Shown piece by piece: positions 25,676-36,149 of a stretch of DNA of 64,000 nucleotides. The notes beneath the pieces were generated by a model. It was given only the letters and a program-made list of their open reading frames with translations. It had not been told where the DNA came from and ran no database searches. Source of the stretch: Isurus oxyrinchus (taxonomy: Eukaryota). A program made the position numbers and the translations under genes. How positions within the stretch are numbered: position 1 is the stretch's first letter; every line of letters starts with the position of its first letter. The stretch spans positions 434,001 to 498,000 of the forward strand of contig JANJGN010000151.1 in NCBI GenBank assembly GCA_026770705.1, written 5' to 3'.

Positions 25676-25741
25676 ACCCTGGTGACCTGGTGGTTAGAAT
25701 TCGGTGCTTTCATCGCCCAGGTTTGATTCCTGGTCTCGCTG
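25676..25741 (+). pseudogene. tRNA-Glu(TTC) pseudogene
   Basis: CCCTGGTGACCTGGTGGTTAGAATTCGGTGCTTTCATCG…GGTTTGATTCC with a ~6-nt deletion. Confidence 0.65.
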
Positions 25742-25789
25742 TTGTGCAAAATATCACAACCAGAAACCAATTTCTGATCCAAAAAACAC

Positions 25790-26675
25790 TATCGCCCCCC
25801 AACATCTCATCCCCTTCCCACGGCACCTTCCCATGCAATTGCAGGAGGTGTAACACCTGCCCCTTTACCTCCTCCCACCTCCCTCCAAGGTCCCAAACTC
25901 TCCTTCCAGATGAAGCAGAGATTTATTTGCACTTCATGCAATTCAGGCTGCTGCATTCGCTGCCCTCAATGTGGTCTCCTCTACAATGGTGAGAGTAAAC
26001 ACAGACTGACTGTCCACTTTGTGGAACACTTTCACTCAGTCCACAAGCATAACCCAGACCTGCCTGTCACCATCTCGCTCACACTCATATTTCTGTCCTC
26101 AGCTTTCTACAATGTTCCAGTGAAGCTCAATGCAAACTGGAGGAACAGCACCTCATCTTCTCAATAGGCACTCTACAGCCTTCTGGACTCAACATTGAGG
26201 TCAACAGATTCACACATGAACTCCATCCTCCATTTTAATTTCCCTGCAGCCTCCCAACCCCCAAGTGCCAGTTTGCATCTTGTTCTCATGTTTTGCTTTC
26301 AGACAGCGCCGACCCTTTTTCTGCTATTAACACATTCTGCTATTTTGCTTCCAGTCAGTGCTGACCTTTGTCTAAATATTAACACCTGCTTTCATAATTA
26401 ATAATATCATTCCCTTTGCCTTTGACTTGTGTTCCATGATATCTTTGTCATTTAATCTCTCCAGATCTCCAACCTATCCCTGAACATTTTTGCTCCATTT
26501 TCTAAACCGCACCCCCCCACCCCCACCCCGCCCCGTCAGCAGCATAAAATCCATCACATTTCTATCTCCCTTCAGTTCTGAAGAAGTGACATATGGCCTG
26601 AGAACATTCAACCTGTTTCTGTCTCCACAGATGCTGCCAGACCTGCTGGGAACTTCAGTACCCCTGTTTTTATTA
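25790..26675 (+). mobile_element. Degenerate Penelope-like element
   Basis: GIY-YIG remnant (CIRCPQCGLLYNGESKHRL…FVEH) and terminal region CTGAAGAAG…CACAGATGCTGCCAGACCTGCTG. Confidence 0.8.
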
Positions 26676-27111
26676 GAGCACAAATTCCTGGCTTTATTAT
26701 AATATAAAATGCATAGTAAATCGGCCAAAATCCGTGGAACGAGGAGCAGAGTTAAAGCTCCACGTGGTAATTAAATAGAACTGGAAATGACTGAGGTGGA
26801 GGTTAGGAGTTAGAAGATGTAACATGAAAGTGGAAAACTTTTATGTCGGTCAATTACTTACAGCGATGAATGTCTGTCGTGTGTTGCCTTGCAAGTTCAA
26901 CAGGAGCCGCAGCGATTAGATTGGTGGGTTTTGGAAATTGAATTTTGCAATTCACAGCTTTTGGCACTATTTCACCACACTGTCAATTTCATGTTCCAGC
27001 CAATGGCAATGGTTGTTTAGTTGGCTGAATAGGCCATTTTGTCTCTGGATAAAGCAGTCTGAAATGAAAATAAAAGGCAAAAGTATCATTTATCAAAACA
27101 CAAGGATAACG

Positions 27112-27183
27112 TCCCTGGTGACCATGTGGTTAGAATTCAGCCCTTTCAACGCCGCAGCCCGGATTACATTTCTGGTTTGGGAA
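27112..27183 (+). pseudogene. tRNA-Glu(TTC) pseudogene
   Basis: 72 nt TCCCTGGTG…CTTTCAACGCCGCAGCCCGG…GGGAA; B box degenerate. Confidence 0.7.
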
Positions 27184-27307
27184 TGAGGGTTCTTTGCTCA
27201 TGTCACACTGCTTAAACAGAGAGTTCTTTTTATTGGTTTAAAACTGAAAATGCATAACAGCCTCTGCCAGAATCAGTGGAGTGAGAGTTGAAGCTTCCCA
27301 TCAGAGC

Positions 27308-27690
27308 TGGTATCAGAGGGAATGGAGCAGGAAGGGAGGATCCCTGGGGCGAAGTTCAGCGAGTTCAGGAGGATGGTATCAGAGAGAATGGAACCGGGAG
27401 AGAGGATCCCTGGGGTGATGTTCGGTGAGTTCAGGAGGATGGTATCAGAGGGAATGGAGCCGGGAGAGAGGAGCCCTGGGGCGATGTTCAGGAGGATGGT
27501 ATCAGAGAGAATGAAGCCGGGAGAGAGGATCCCTGGGGCGATGTTCAGTGAGTTCAGGAGGATGGTATCAGAGGGAATGGAGCAGGGAGAGAGGATCCCT
27601 GGGGTGATGCTCAGTGAGTCCAGGAGAATGGTGTCAGATGGAATGGAACAGGAAGAGAGGATCCCTGGGGCGATGCTTAGTGAGTTCATT
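27308..27690. repeat. 66-bp minisatellite, ~6 copies
   Basis: Unit GGATGGTATCAGAGGGAATGGAGCCGGGAGAGAGGATCCCTGGGGCGATGTTCAGTGAGTTCAGGA; one unit is 57 bp. Confidence 0.9.
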
Positions 27691-27969
27691 TGTTTGTTGC
27701 TTCAGGCAGGCCGCAGGGCCTGGGAATTTCCACGATTTGTGCTCCCTGGTGTCCCTGATAAGCCCCAAACTGTAGTAATAATTTTGCAGAATTACTCTTC
27801 GATAATGTTTCTGTGTCAGATCGGCCCTAGTCTCTAGGAATCATCCAATGGTTTGTATCAACTGTACTGTCTGTGGTATATATGTATTTTTTGTTATTCG
27901 TTTATGCGATGTGGGCACGGCTGTCTGGGCCAGCATTTATTGCCCATCCCTAATCGACTTGAGAAGGCG

Positions 27970-28345
27970 GCCTGTGACGTTCTGCCTTGTGAGTATTTAA
28001 TCGGACAAGGTAGAGAGAGTCCAGGCGAATGCTCTCGGGGCTGGGGTTCAAATCCCAACATGGCAGCTGCTGGAATGTGAGTTCAATTAATAAAATCTGG
28101 AATTGAAAACTGGCCTCAGTGATGGTGACCATGACAACTATCACCGATTGTCGTAAAAACCCATCTGCTGCACTCAAGTCCTTTCGGGGAGGAAATCTGT
28201 CATCTTCATCTGGCCTGGCCGACATGTGATTCCAGGTCCACAGCAATGCGGTTGACAGTTAACTGCCCTCTGAAATGGCCTCGGAAGGCGGACTGTTCAG
28301 AGCAGCCTTGCCAGCGACACCCATATCTCATGAAAGGATAAAGAG
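27970..28345 (+). mobile_element. tRNA-derived shark SINE
   Basis: GGGTTCAAATCCC head and body shared with 11740-12056. Confidence 0.7.
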
Positions 28346-28655
28346 GGAAAAACAAAACTTTTTCTCTTTATCTAAATCCTGCTGCGCCGACGCTGGGAGT
28401 GATTAATGGGACAGTGTAAAGGAAACTTTCATCCTCCCTATACTGTCCTGTATGGGCCTCTGATGAACAGCCCCTGCTGTTTACAATTACCTGACATGTG
28501 ACTGTGACAGGCCTGAGTATGAGTGAAATCACCGAGATTCTCCTCGCTGTGCAATCATTCTGCCTCTGGAATTTGCCATAAAAAGGCAGAGGTAAAGGTG
28601 TATTAACACCGATGGGTCGCTGGGTGGCGCGATGACTCTTTCACTGAAGGATCTC

Positions 28656-28694
28656 GGGCTCTGAAGAAGTCATGAGGACTCGAAACGTAAACTC
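28656..28694 (+). ncRNA. Minimal hammerhead-like motif with canonical core (Penelope-derived)
   Basis: CTGAAGA-AGTC-ATGAG-GACTC-GAAAC-GTA-AACTC. Confidence 0.55.
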
Positions 28695-28904
28695 AGTTTT
28701 TTGTCTCCACAGATGCTGTGAGACCTGCTGAGTTTTTCCAACATTTTCTGTTTTTGTTTCAGATCCCAGACAAGTCTGGTTAAAAATGCCTGCCTGGGAA
28801 AGGGGGGGGGGGGGGGGGGGGGGAACACTGTAATAGGGAAAATGGAGCGATGTCGATGGGTCTGAGAGAAAGTTCAGCAAAGTCAGTTCGTTTCACATTC
28901 ATGA

Positions 28905-28946
28905 TTTATTAACAATTTCAGGGAACATTTTACAGAAAAGTTTATT
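28905..28946 (-). terminator. Candidate poly(A) signals of membrane IgM
   Basis: AATAAA at 28941-28946 and 28905-28910, ~420-460 nt after the TM2 stop. Confidence 0.5.
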
Positions 28947-29361
28947 TTAAAGTTAACTGAAGTGAATATAATCACTGAGAGTCACATTGAGAACAGAGCA
29001 CATTCGCTCTGAGCTGCCAACTTTGTGTACAACTGTAACAGACACCAGAAAGAGAAAACAGGAGCTCAATATCAAGGGAAGGGATTAATTGTGAATGAGG
29101 AATGAGAAAAGTTACTTATTTACACAGGGAATTCAAACTACTGGGAAATTATTAGCTGCTGTTGCAATGAATCATAATTATCTCGCACATTTGAAACAGA
29201 GAAACGGAAATACCGTTCATAATTGTCTCAGTTACAAATTCGGAAACATAAACTGAAGGTATTTCATCTTTACAGTCACCGAGAGGATATATTTTAAATT
29301 CGGAATACAGAGGTCTCAATAAAGAGCTGAGGAAAATCTACGGTGTCCAAAATTCAATCGG

Positions 29362-29370
29362 TCACTTGAT
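29362..29370 (-). CDS. IGHM: IgM TM2 exon (IK*)
   Basis: TTTTACAG|ATC AAG TGA; gives a K-I-K cytoplasmic tail. Confidence 0.85.
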   Translation of the reverse strand: MK

Positions 29371-29508
29371 CTGTAAAAGAGGATGAAATAATGAAGCAGA
29401 TGTTTATAATCTGGGACAGTTATGTTAGAGTTCTAATCAATGAAACATTGAGAGATTTTTCAAACCGCTTCTGTCAGTTTGAAGTGTGAGTGGATTGAAT
29501 CTTCTCAC

Positions 29509-29636
29509 CTTCGCCAGAGTGACGGCAGTGCTGTAGAAAATGCTCAGGAAGAATAGGATGATGAATGTGGAAGCGGTTGTCCAGATGTTGCCGTTATCAT
29601 CCTCAGAGTCTTCAATCCAGATGCCGTCTGTGGAAT
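29509..29636 (-). CDS. IGHM: IgM TM1 exon
   Basis: CGTAG|…[43 protein letters not shown]|GTGAG; CART motif; phase matches the Cmu4 internal donor at 32834. Absent from the ORF track. Confidence 0.95.
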
Positions 29637-30169
29637 CTACGGGGATAAAGCCGAGGAAATATAATTAGGTTGTTTATTAATCTAGGGTATCATTTAAAAA
29701 AAATTCCTTTACTCTTTCATAAGTTATTAATGTATTCAATGTTCAAGGTATATCTACTATTAAGGGACACTCAGTAACCCATCTCTGTAACTATCTCTAC
29801 AGCTATTCTCCCTTTACAATCTTTGTACAGTCCATGTCGGAAAAAATTGCAAATTTTCTCCAGTATCAGGTTATTTTCGAACAATTTCGTATGATCTATT
29901 ATTGGAGAATATTATGATGGGTATCGGGAAAGATTCACTGAGCTACTTATTTGGAAACTGTGAACGTTGCTTTTTAAAAGCTCGGATGTGAGTTCCCATC
30001 TTGATTGTCTATTTGTGATATGGGAATGTTTGGTGCATCATTAATTTAAATCAGTTTCTCAGTAAGTGCATTGTTTCAGTGTGTTTATTGGGTTATTATG
30101 TAATAGAGACAATTGCCAGAGGATATGCCCATTAAAAAAGTACATTTGAATTATACTTTATTCAATAGC

Positions 30170-31200
30170 CTGGCCTCTGTGTTGTGCTTTAGCTTTTGTG
30201 TGTGTCTGCATGAGTATCTCGCACTTTGCATTACTGCTTGATTGTGTGTCCATCGGTGTTAATGTGTGTGTTCATGTGCCAATGAGTGCTGATTTGTGTA
30301 TTTTTGTGTCTGCATCTGTACGTATATTTGGTTTTTCTGCCAATGTGTATGTATGAGTGTGTTATTGCATGTGTTTGTGTAATGATGTCTATGTTGACTT
30401 ATTACTGTCTGTGTTAATGTGTGTTTACGCATTCCTGCCTGCTAATGTGAGTGTTAATGTTTCTTTTTGTGTTCCACTGTGTGTCAGCATTTCAAAGTCT
30501 GTGTCACAGGGTCTGTGTGTGTGTATGTGTGCGTGTGTGTGTGTGTGTGTATGACACAGCGAGAGAGAGATAAAGTTTTTAATGTGTGCATTTGTGTGTT
30601 GATTGATATTTAGAACTATGTATCAATGCGTGTTTATGTTTTCATATGTACCAACGTGTGTTTTTTGTGTTCTACTGTCTATGAGTATGTTCATGTTTGT
30701 GTCCACATGGGTGTCTGTGAATGTGTTAGTCGGTTCCTCTGTGTTTTTGTATCTGGGTGTCGTCTGCTCATGTGTGTGCATGTGTTAATGTATGTCCATG
30801 CATTGTTTTAATGTGTACGATAGTGTGTGTCTTTCTGTCTGTATTTCTGTCATTGTGAACATGTGATAATGCATATGCGAAAAGTTACATTTGTGCTTTG
30901 TATCCTTGTATGAGTCTGCTTGTCTGGTTTTATCTGTTTGTGTGTGTGTGATTGTGTATATGTGTGTGAGCGAGTGTGTCTGTGTGTGTATTCCTGTATG
31001 TGTGTGTATTTGTGAATGTGTGTGTTTGTGCGTGTGTATTTGTCTATGTGTTTCTGCCTGTGTTTGTGTGGGTGCGCATGTGTGGGTGTACATGTGTCTG
31101 CTTGTACCTGTGTGTGTTTGTGTCTGTGTGTCTGTGCCTATGTGTGTGTGTGTACGCATGTTTGTGTCTGTCAATTTGTATCAGTTGTGTGTATTTTTAC
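30170..31200. repeat. Degenerate (TG)n low-complexity tract
   Basis: TG-rich simple sequence. Confidence 0.9.
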
Positions 31201-31689
31201 TATTTTTCCAAATTTCACCAGGTACCAATGATCGAGTCTGAACTTGATGGTGAAAAATTTGGTGAATATTTTCAATGTTCTGTGTATAAACATGTTTTCT
31301 GTGAGATGCAAGGTGATATCAGATGAACGAATGCAAACAATCAACCATGTGCCTAATAAAAATTCAGGGACAGAACCTTGAACAACCCAAGGAGGATTCA
31401 ATCACCAATTTAGATTTGGATGATGGGAAATCAATCTTAGCATAAGCTTAACAGGGACAAGAGTGTTAAAACATCTTCAAGTTATGTTGCACAAATAGAT
31501 GTTTTTACAACATCCAAAGCATGATGGGAGTTTAAAATCTGTGGCCAGTAAGCTAGAAGCTGACTTCGACTGTTGGTAACTGAGTCTTTATAATAGAGAC
31601 CCATTCTCTTCCAGATTCTCTGCTTGGGGCCTGAGTGTCCAGTGAGTTAATAGTTTTGCTCTGTCTGGTTGTCTAAGCAATTTCCCTTT

Positions 31690-32330
31690 CGGTTCTCTCT
31701 GCTGAGAAGGTGGAGACACACCGGGTTAACCGATGAACTTCCTCGTCTTTTTGTTTAGCAAGTGGAGGTAAAATTGGCTTAAAATTTTCCTTTCAGTTTT
31801 CTCTGCCGGGTAAGTGGAGGTACAGTGGGTTACCAGTTTGCCTTCCCCTCTCTCTGTTGGGAAAGTGGGGGTACAGTGGTTAAATAAATCCCCCCCCCCC
31901 CACCTGTTGTTGTGGAAGTGAAGGTGCAGTGGTTTAACAATGTCCCCTTCCCCTCTCTCTGTTGGGGAAGTGGGGGTACATTGGGTTAACAATTTCCCCT
32001 CCACTCTCTCTGTTGGAGAAGTCGAGTTACAGTGCTTTAACAATGTCCCCTTCCCCTCTCTCTGTTGGGGAAGTGGGGGTACATTGGGTTAACAATTTCC
32101 CTTCCCCTCTCTCTGTTGGAGAAGTCGAGGTACAGTGGGTTAACAATTTCCCCTCCCCTCTCTCTGTTGGCGAAGTCGGGGTACAGTGGGTTAGCAATTT
32201 CCACTCCCCCTCTCTCTGTTGAGGAGGTGGAGGTACAGTGGGTTAACAATTTCCACTCCCCCTCTCTCTGTTGGGGAGGTGGAGGTGCAGTGGGGTAACA
32301 ATTTCCCTTCCCCCTCTCTCTGGTGGGGGA
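31690..32330. repeat. 51-bp minisatellite, ~12 copies
   Basis: Unit CCCTCTCTCTGTTGGGGAAGTGGGGGTACAGTGGGTTAACAATTTCCCCTT. Confidence 0.9.
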
Positions 32331-32728
32331 TTGTTGGGACATATTTCTGCGTGACCCTCAATTCAGTTCCCAGTGAGTGTGGTGCAGAAGCTTAAAGCTG
32401 GCATCCATTTTAAAGGGATGGACGACAAAAGAGGCAGGAACACCGAGATCTAAATGTGCTGTGTTTGTTTTCTCAGAAATGAGAAATTGTCAGATTTCTC
32501 CTCAGCGGGAGGAGAGCTGGTGAAGCTATTTTGCAGAATTCTGTAATGAATGAACTTTACTCTGTCTCTAACCCAGGGTGTATCTGAGCTGGGAGCACTG
32601 GATGTACATGACTTGGGTATGAGCCCTGTGAGTATCCGATTTTAACAAAACACATCTAAAATGATCAAAAGTGGAAAACAACATTAATTAAATGATTGTG
32701 CATTTAAATCACGATTGGAGAAAAGGAC

Positions 32729-32744
32729 TTTATTATTTTTTATT
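32729..32744 (-). terminator. Poly(A) signals of secretory IgM
   Basis: Tandem AATAAA at 32739-32744 and 32729-32734 just after the tailpiece stop. Confidence 0.75.
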
Positions 32745-32771
32745 GTAGTTTGAAATGGAACCGAGAGATTC

Positions 32772-33163
32772 TCATTGACATGAATTAACGGTGTCCATCA
32801 GTGCAAGGGAAATGTTCACAAAACTCGGTTTACCGCTGGATTTATCAACCGTTCTGTTGATGATCTTCAAGGGGATCGCTTCATGTCCCACCACACAGGA
32901 GTAAGAAGCGCCGCTGGCCCACTCCTCCGCTGCAATGGATAACAGGCTGTACATGAAGAAGGAGCGATTGCCGTTCTCTGCCACTACCTCGGTGTTCTTG
33001 TAGTTTCCGGGAGCCACTGGCTTGTCATTGACGGTCCACTTGACGAAGATCTCTCGGGGGGAGAAACCTCTCACTAAGCAGCTGAGGGAGACGGACCTCT
33101 GAGCGGAGACATCTTCTGCCGAGGGCAGGAGGACAGACACGGAAGGTTCCCGCGGGTCTTTAA
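32772..33163 (-). CDS. IGHM: IgM Cmu4 + secretory tailpiece
   Basis: CTGCAG|[14 protein letters not shown]…[16 protein letters not shown]…YSCVVGHEA…DKSSG|[19 protein letters not shown]; tailpiece sequon and penultimate Cys; internal donor G|GTAAA at 32834. Confidence 0.97.
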
Positions 33164-33269
33164 CTGCAGAAAATGTACAATAAATGTCAATAAGCTGCAT
33201 ACTTTCGTAGACAATGAAATGGCTGGTTAGATGTGAGAGAAACGTGTTTTGTGATGAATATTAAGGTTT

Positions 33270-33490
33270 TTCATTATCCACTTCTAGGAAATATATCACC
33301 GATTCTTCACTATAGCTGAATCAAAATCCTGGAACACCCTCCCTAACAGCACTGTGGGTGTATCTACACCACATGGACTGCAGCGATTCAAGAAGGCAGC
33401 TCACCACCACCTTGTCAAGGGCAATTAGGGATGGGCAATAACTCTGGCCCAGCCAGCGACGCCCACATCCCATGAATTAATAAATAAAAT
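33270..33490 (+). mobile_element. LINE/SINE 3' tail in the Cmu3-Cmu4 intron
   Basis: TCAAAATCCTGGAAC…GGGCAATTAGGGATGGGCAATA…CCCACATCCCATGAAT. Confidence 0.7.
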
Positions 33491-33856
33491 ACTTTGGGAT
33501 CTGTCCGGCTTTCCAGCTCGGAGCAGAGGTGGCACAATCCTTTTCCCTGGAGTTGGACGAGAAAGTTTCTCAAAGTTTACAGCACAGAAACAGGCCATTC
33601 TGCCCAACTGGTCCATGTTGGTGTTTTAGCTTCGCACCAGGCTCCTCCCATCTTGCTTCATCTAAACCCAATGGCACAACCTTCAATTCATCTACTTATC
33701 AATTTCCCCCTGAAAGTCCACAGGCCCAGGGCGTTTAGTTGGCGAAATTGCTAATCAGAGTAGACCATGAATACAATGAATAGTAAATATTGATCCTTAC
33801 ACTTACACTGGAAATAGACACATCGAACAACTTATTGCTTCAATCTCACCGCTCAC

Positions 33857-34168
33857 CTGGTTCCTTGTGGATGGAACTTCTTAAAGGAGTCGGCAGATCC
33901 TGATGGCTCACCACGCAGTAGAACTCAGCCCCACTCAGCCAGGCTTGTGTCGAGATGTTTACGTTGCTGACCACGCTGTTGGGATCCTCTCCAGGTTGGA
34001 CGGCGATTTCTGATTTCAAAGGCTTCTTCTCTTGTGTCCAGGACACGAGGACTCCATAAGGAGCATTAGAAATGATGCAGGTTAAGGTCACGGTCGCTTC
34101 CAGTAAGACTTGTTCTATTGGAGGTGGCAATAGAGTAATTGTGGGATCGTTGTGGCATTGGTGATCAC
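33857..34168 (-). CDS. IGHM: IgM Cmu3 exon
   Basis: ACAG|GDHQC…[17 protein letters not shown]…[15 protein letters not shown]…EP|GTGAG; C1-set domain. Confidence 0.97.
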
Positions 34169-34784
34169 CTGTGAGACAGAAATGAAAATCAACCAAAGTT
34201 TCACCTTCAGGAGCAGGACAGCAGTATTCAGCTTTCACTCTCTGAAGGAGAATAAATCACCTTGGACATATCAACCTCTAACTATCGTTTTTAATCTTCT
34301 TTACACAATGGAAAACCAGCTTGGTCTGTGTACATTGTTCTCAAAATTTAAGTCGTTCAGCCCCGGTAACATTCTCATGAATCTGCGTTGCCCCAGTCCC
34401 AATACAAATGTATCATTCATGGGCCCTGGAAAGCAGGACTGAAAGCTGTTTTATAAATAGCACTTTCCAACACTCTATCTCGAAGCTGTTACCAGTGAAG
34501 GGTTCCAGACACCTTCTGCCTCTCCAAATATGATCAGCTGACTCAAGGTAAAGCTGATATCAAGTCCACCTCACTCACTCTATGACGTCAATGCAGAGAC
34601 GTGATGTGATCAAATCCTGAATGGTGAATAATCCGAATGCAGCACTTACATTGGAATGAAACACCAACTATATGATAGTAAATTAGAAGTTGTTCTGTGC
34701 TTTCTACTAACTCCAATAAATTCCTGATTTGATTAACATCGCAGAGCAGAATGCTCTATTGCTTCCACGGTTTGTATTCCTTAC

Positions 34785-35099
34785 CCTCACACTTGGTGGC
34801 GTTTCGACTTTGGGTGACCCCTTGGTGAGTGACCTGACAGGTATACACTGCGTCGCTGAACCATTCCCCAGCAGAGACTTTCAGCCGACTGGTCGCCGAG
34901 AAGTTCCCGTTCACTTCAAAGGCGGGAGGGGTGATAATTCCTGAACTCATGGGTTGTCCATTTTTCAGCCACTTCACGGTGATTGGCTTCGGACGGAAAT
35001 CGATGATTGAACAGACGGCGGTTGAAAATTTGTTCGTTGTGATTTCTTCCTTGGAGCTCACGGTGAGGAGAACAGTTGGATGTAAGATGTCAGGAGGAC
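34785..35099 (-). CDS. IGHM: IgM Cmu2 exon
   Basis: GAAG|[12 protein letters not shown]…[17 protein letters not shown]…YTCQVTHQG…KCE|GTAAG. Confidence 0.97.
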
Positions 35100-35313
35100 C
35101 TTCAAAAAACACAGGTTAGCCATTTCTTGCAGAAGAAATTGATAACAGATACAATGAGTTCTTATATTTTAACAGGTTCTTTGCAGTCAATGGACACTAA
35201 CCTGGAATTTCCAGGGATCAGAACTATGCAGAGCACTATTAATGCGTTATAACCAAGGCCCTATACAGGTCAATCACAGCCTTTCTGTTTCTCACAGGTT
35301 CCCCAACACTTAC

Positions 35314-35613
35314 ATTGCATTTCAACGCTCTTGTCTGAGACGCTGTGTCGAACCTCACACTTGATTTTGCTGCATTCTCCCTCTGACTCGGTGATGGTTA
35401 ATTGGCTGCTCAGAGTGTAGGTTCCCTTCTGGTTTCTCACTGACGGGTAAGTCTTAAATCCAGTGGTAATCTGCTGCCCATCTTTCTTCCAGGTCAAGCT
35501 TGTGATTTCTGGGGAGTAGTCCATCGCCAAACAGCCGTAGGTGACGGAGCCGTCGGTGTTTTGTTGCTGACAGGAGGAGACCAGGCTGTAGAGAGTGGGC
35601 GAAGACGGTGTCA
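35314..35613 (-). CDS. IGHM: IgM Cmu1 exon
   Basis: CCCAG|[15 protein letters not shown]…[17 protein letters not shown]…KCEVRH…MQ|GTAAGT; phase 1 matches JH. Confidence 0.97.
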
Positions 35614-36149
35614 CTGGGAAAGAATGGCCGATTGAACAAGTTAGACTCTGTGAATTGTGATCATTAAGTAACCAAACAACTTGAAATTAAACTATAACTA
35701 TAAACATATCCAAATATATTCCAACTAAAACCCACATCCACATTTCATCATTTATTATTTCCATCATTTGGTGATCCTCGCCTGTCGGTTCCCTCTTTAG
35801 AAACCCACACCTCTTTTCCCACCTCTATCCCATTACTAAAAGAGAACATTTTGATGTCATCTGAATGACGTACCTTTCAGTGGATTAAAATGGAAGAGCA
35901 GAGCATCTTCCCCATTATTTTGGCACCATTTATTTCTCAATCAACAGCACTTGGTGATAGAGAAATTGTCTCGTCATTTATATCATTGCAGTTTGGAAAC
36001 TGGCTATGTTCAAATTTACTCCCCGCTCCATGACCCCCAAAACAAAGAATAGCAACGACTCTCCGAAGGTACCTTTGCAATGGTACCTTACTAGTGACCA
36101 TAGAGCTCTAAATTGAATACCAGTTACAGTAAGTACGACGTTTTCCAAT

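Noticed and set aside
30357-31326. Cys/Val- and His/Thr-rich ORFs (also 40531-42879)
   Set aside because: Translations of TG/CA simple repeats.
32772-35613. IgW, IgNAR or IgM1gj identity
   Set aside because: Four mu-type C domains including Cmu2, a conventional VH with two D segments and unjoined RSS indicate standard IgM.
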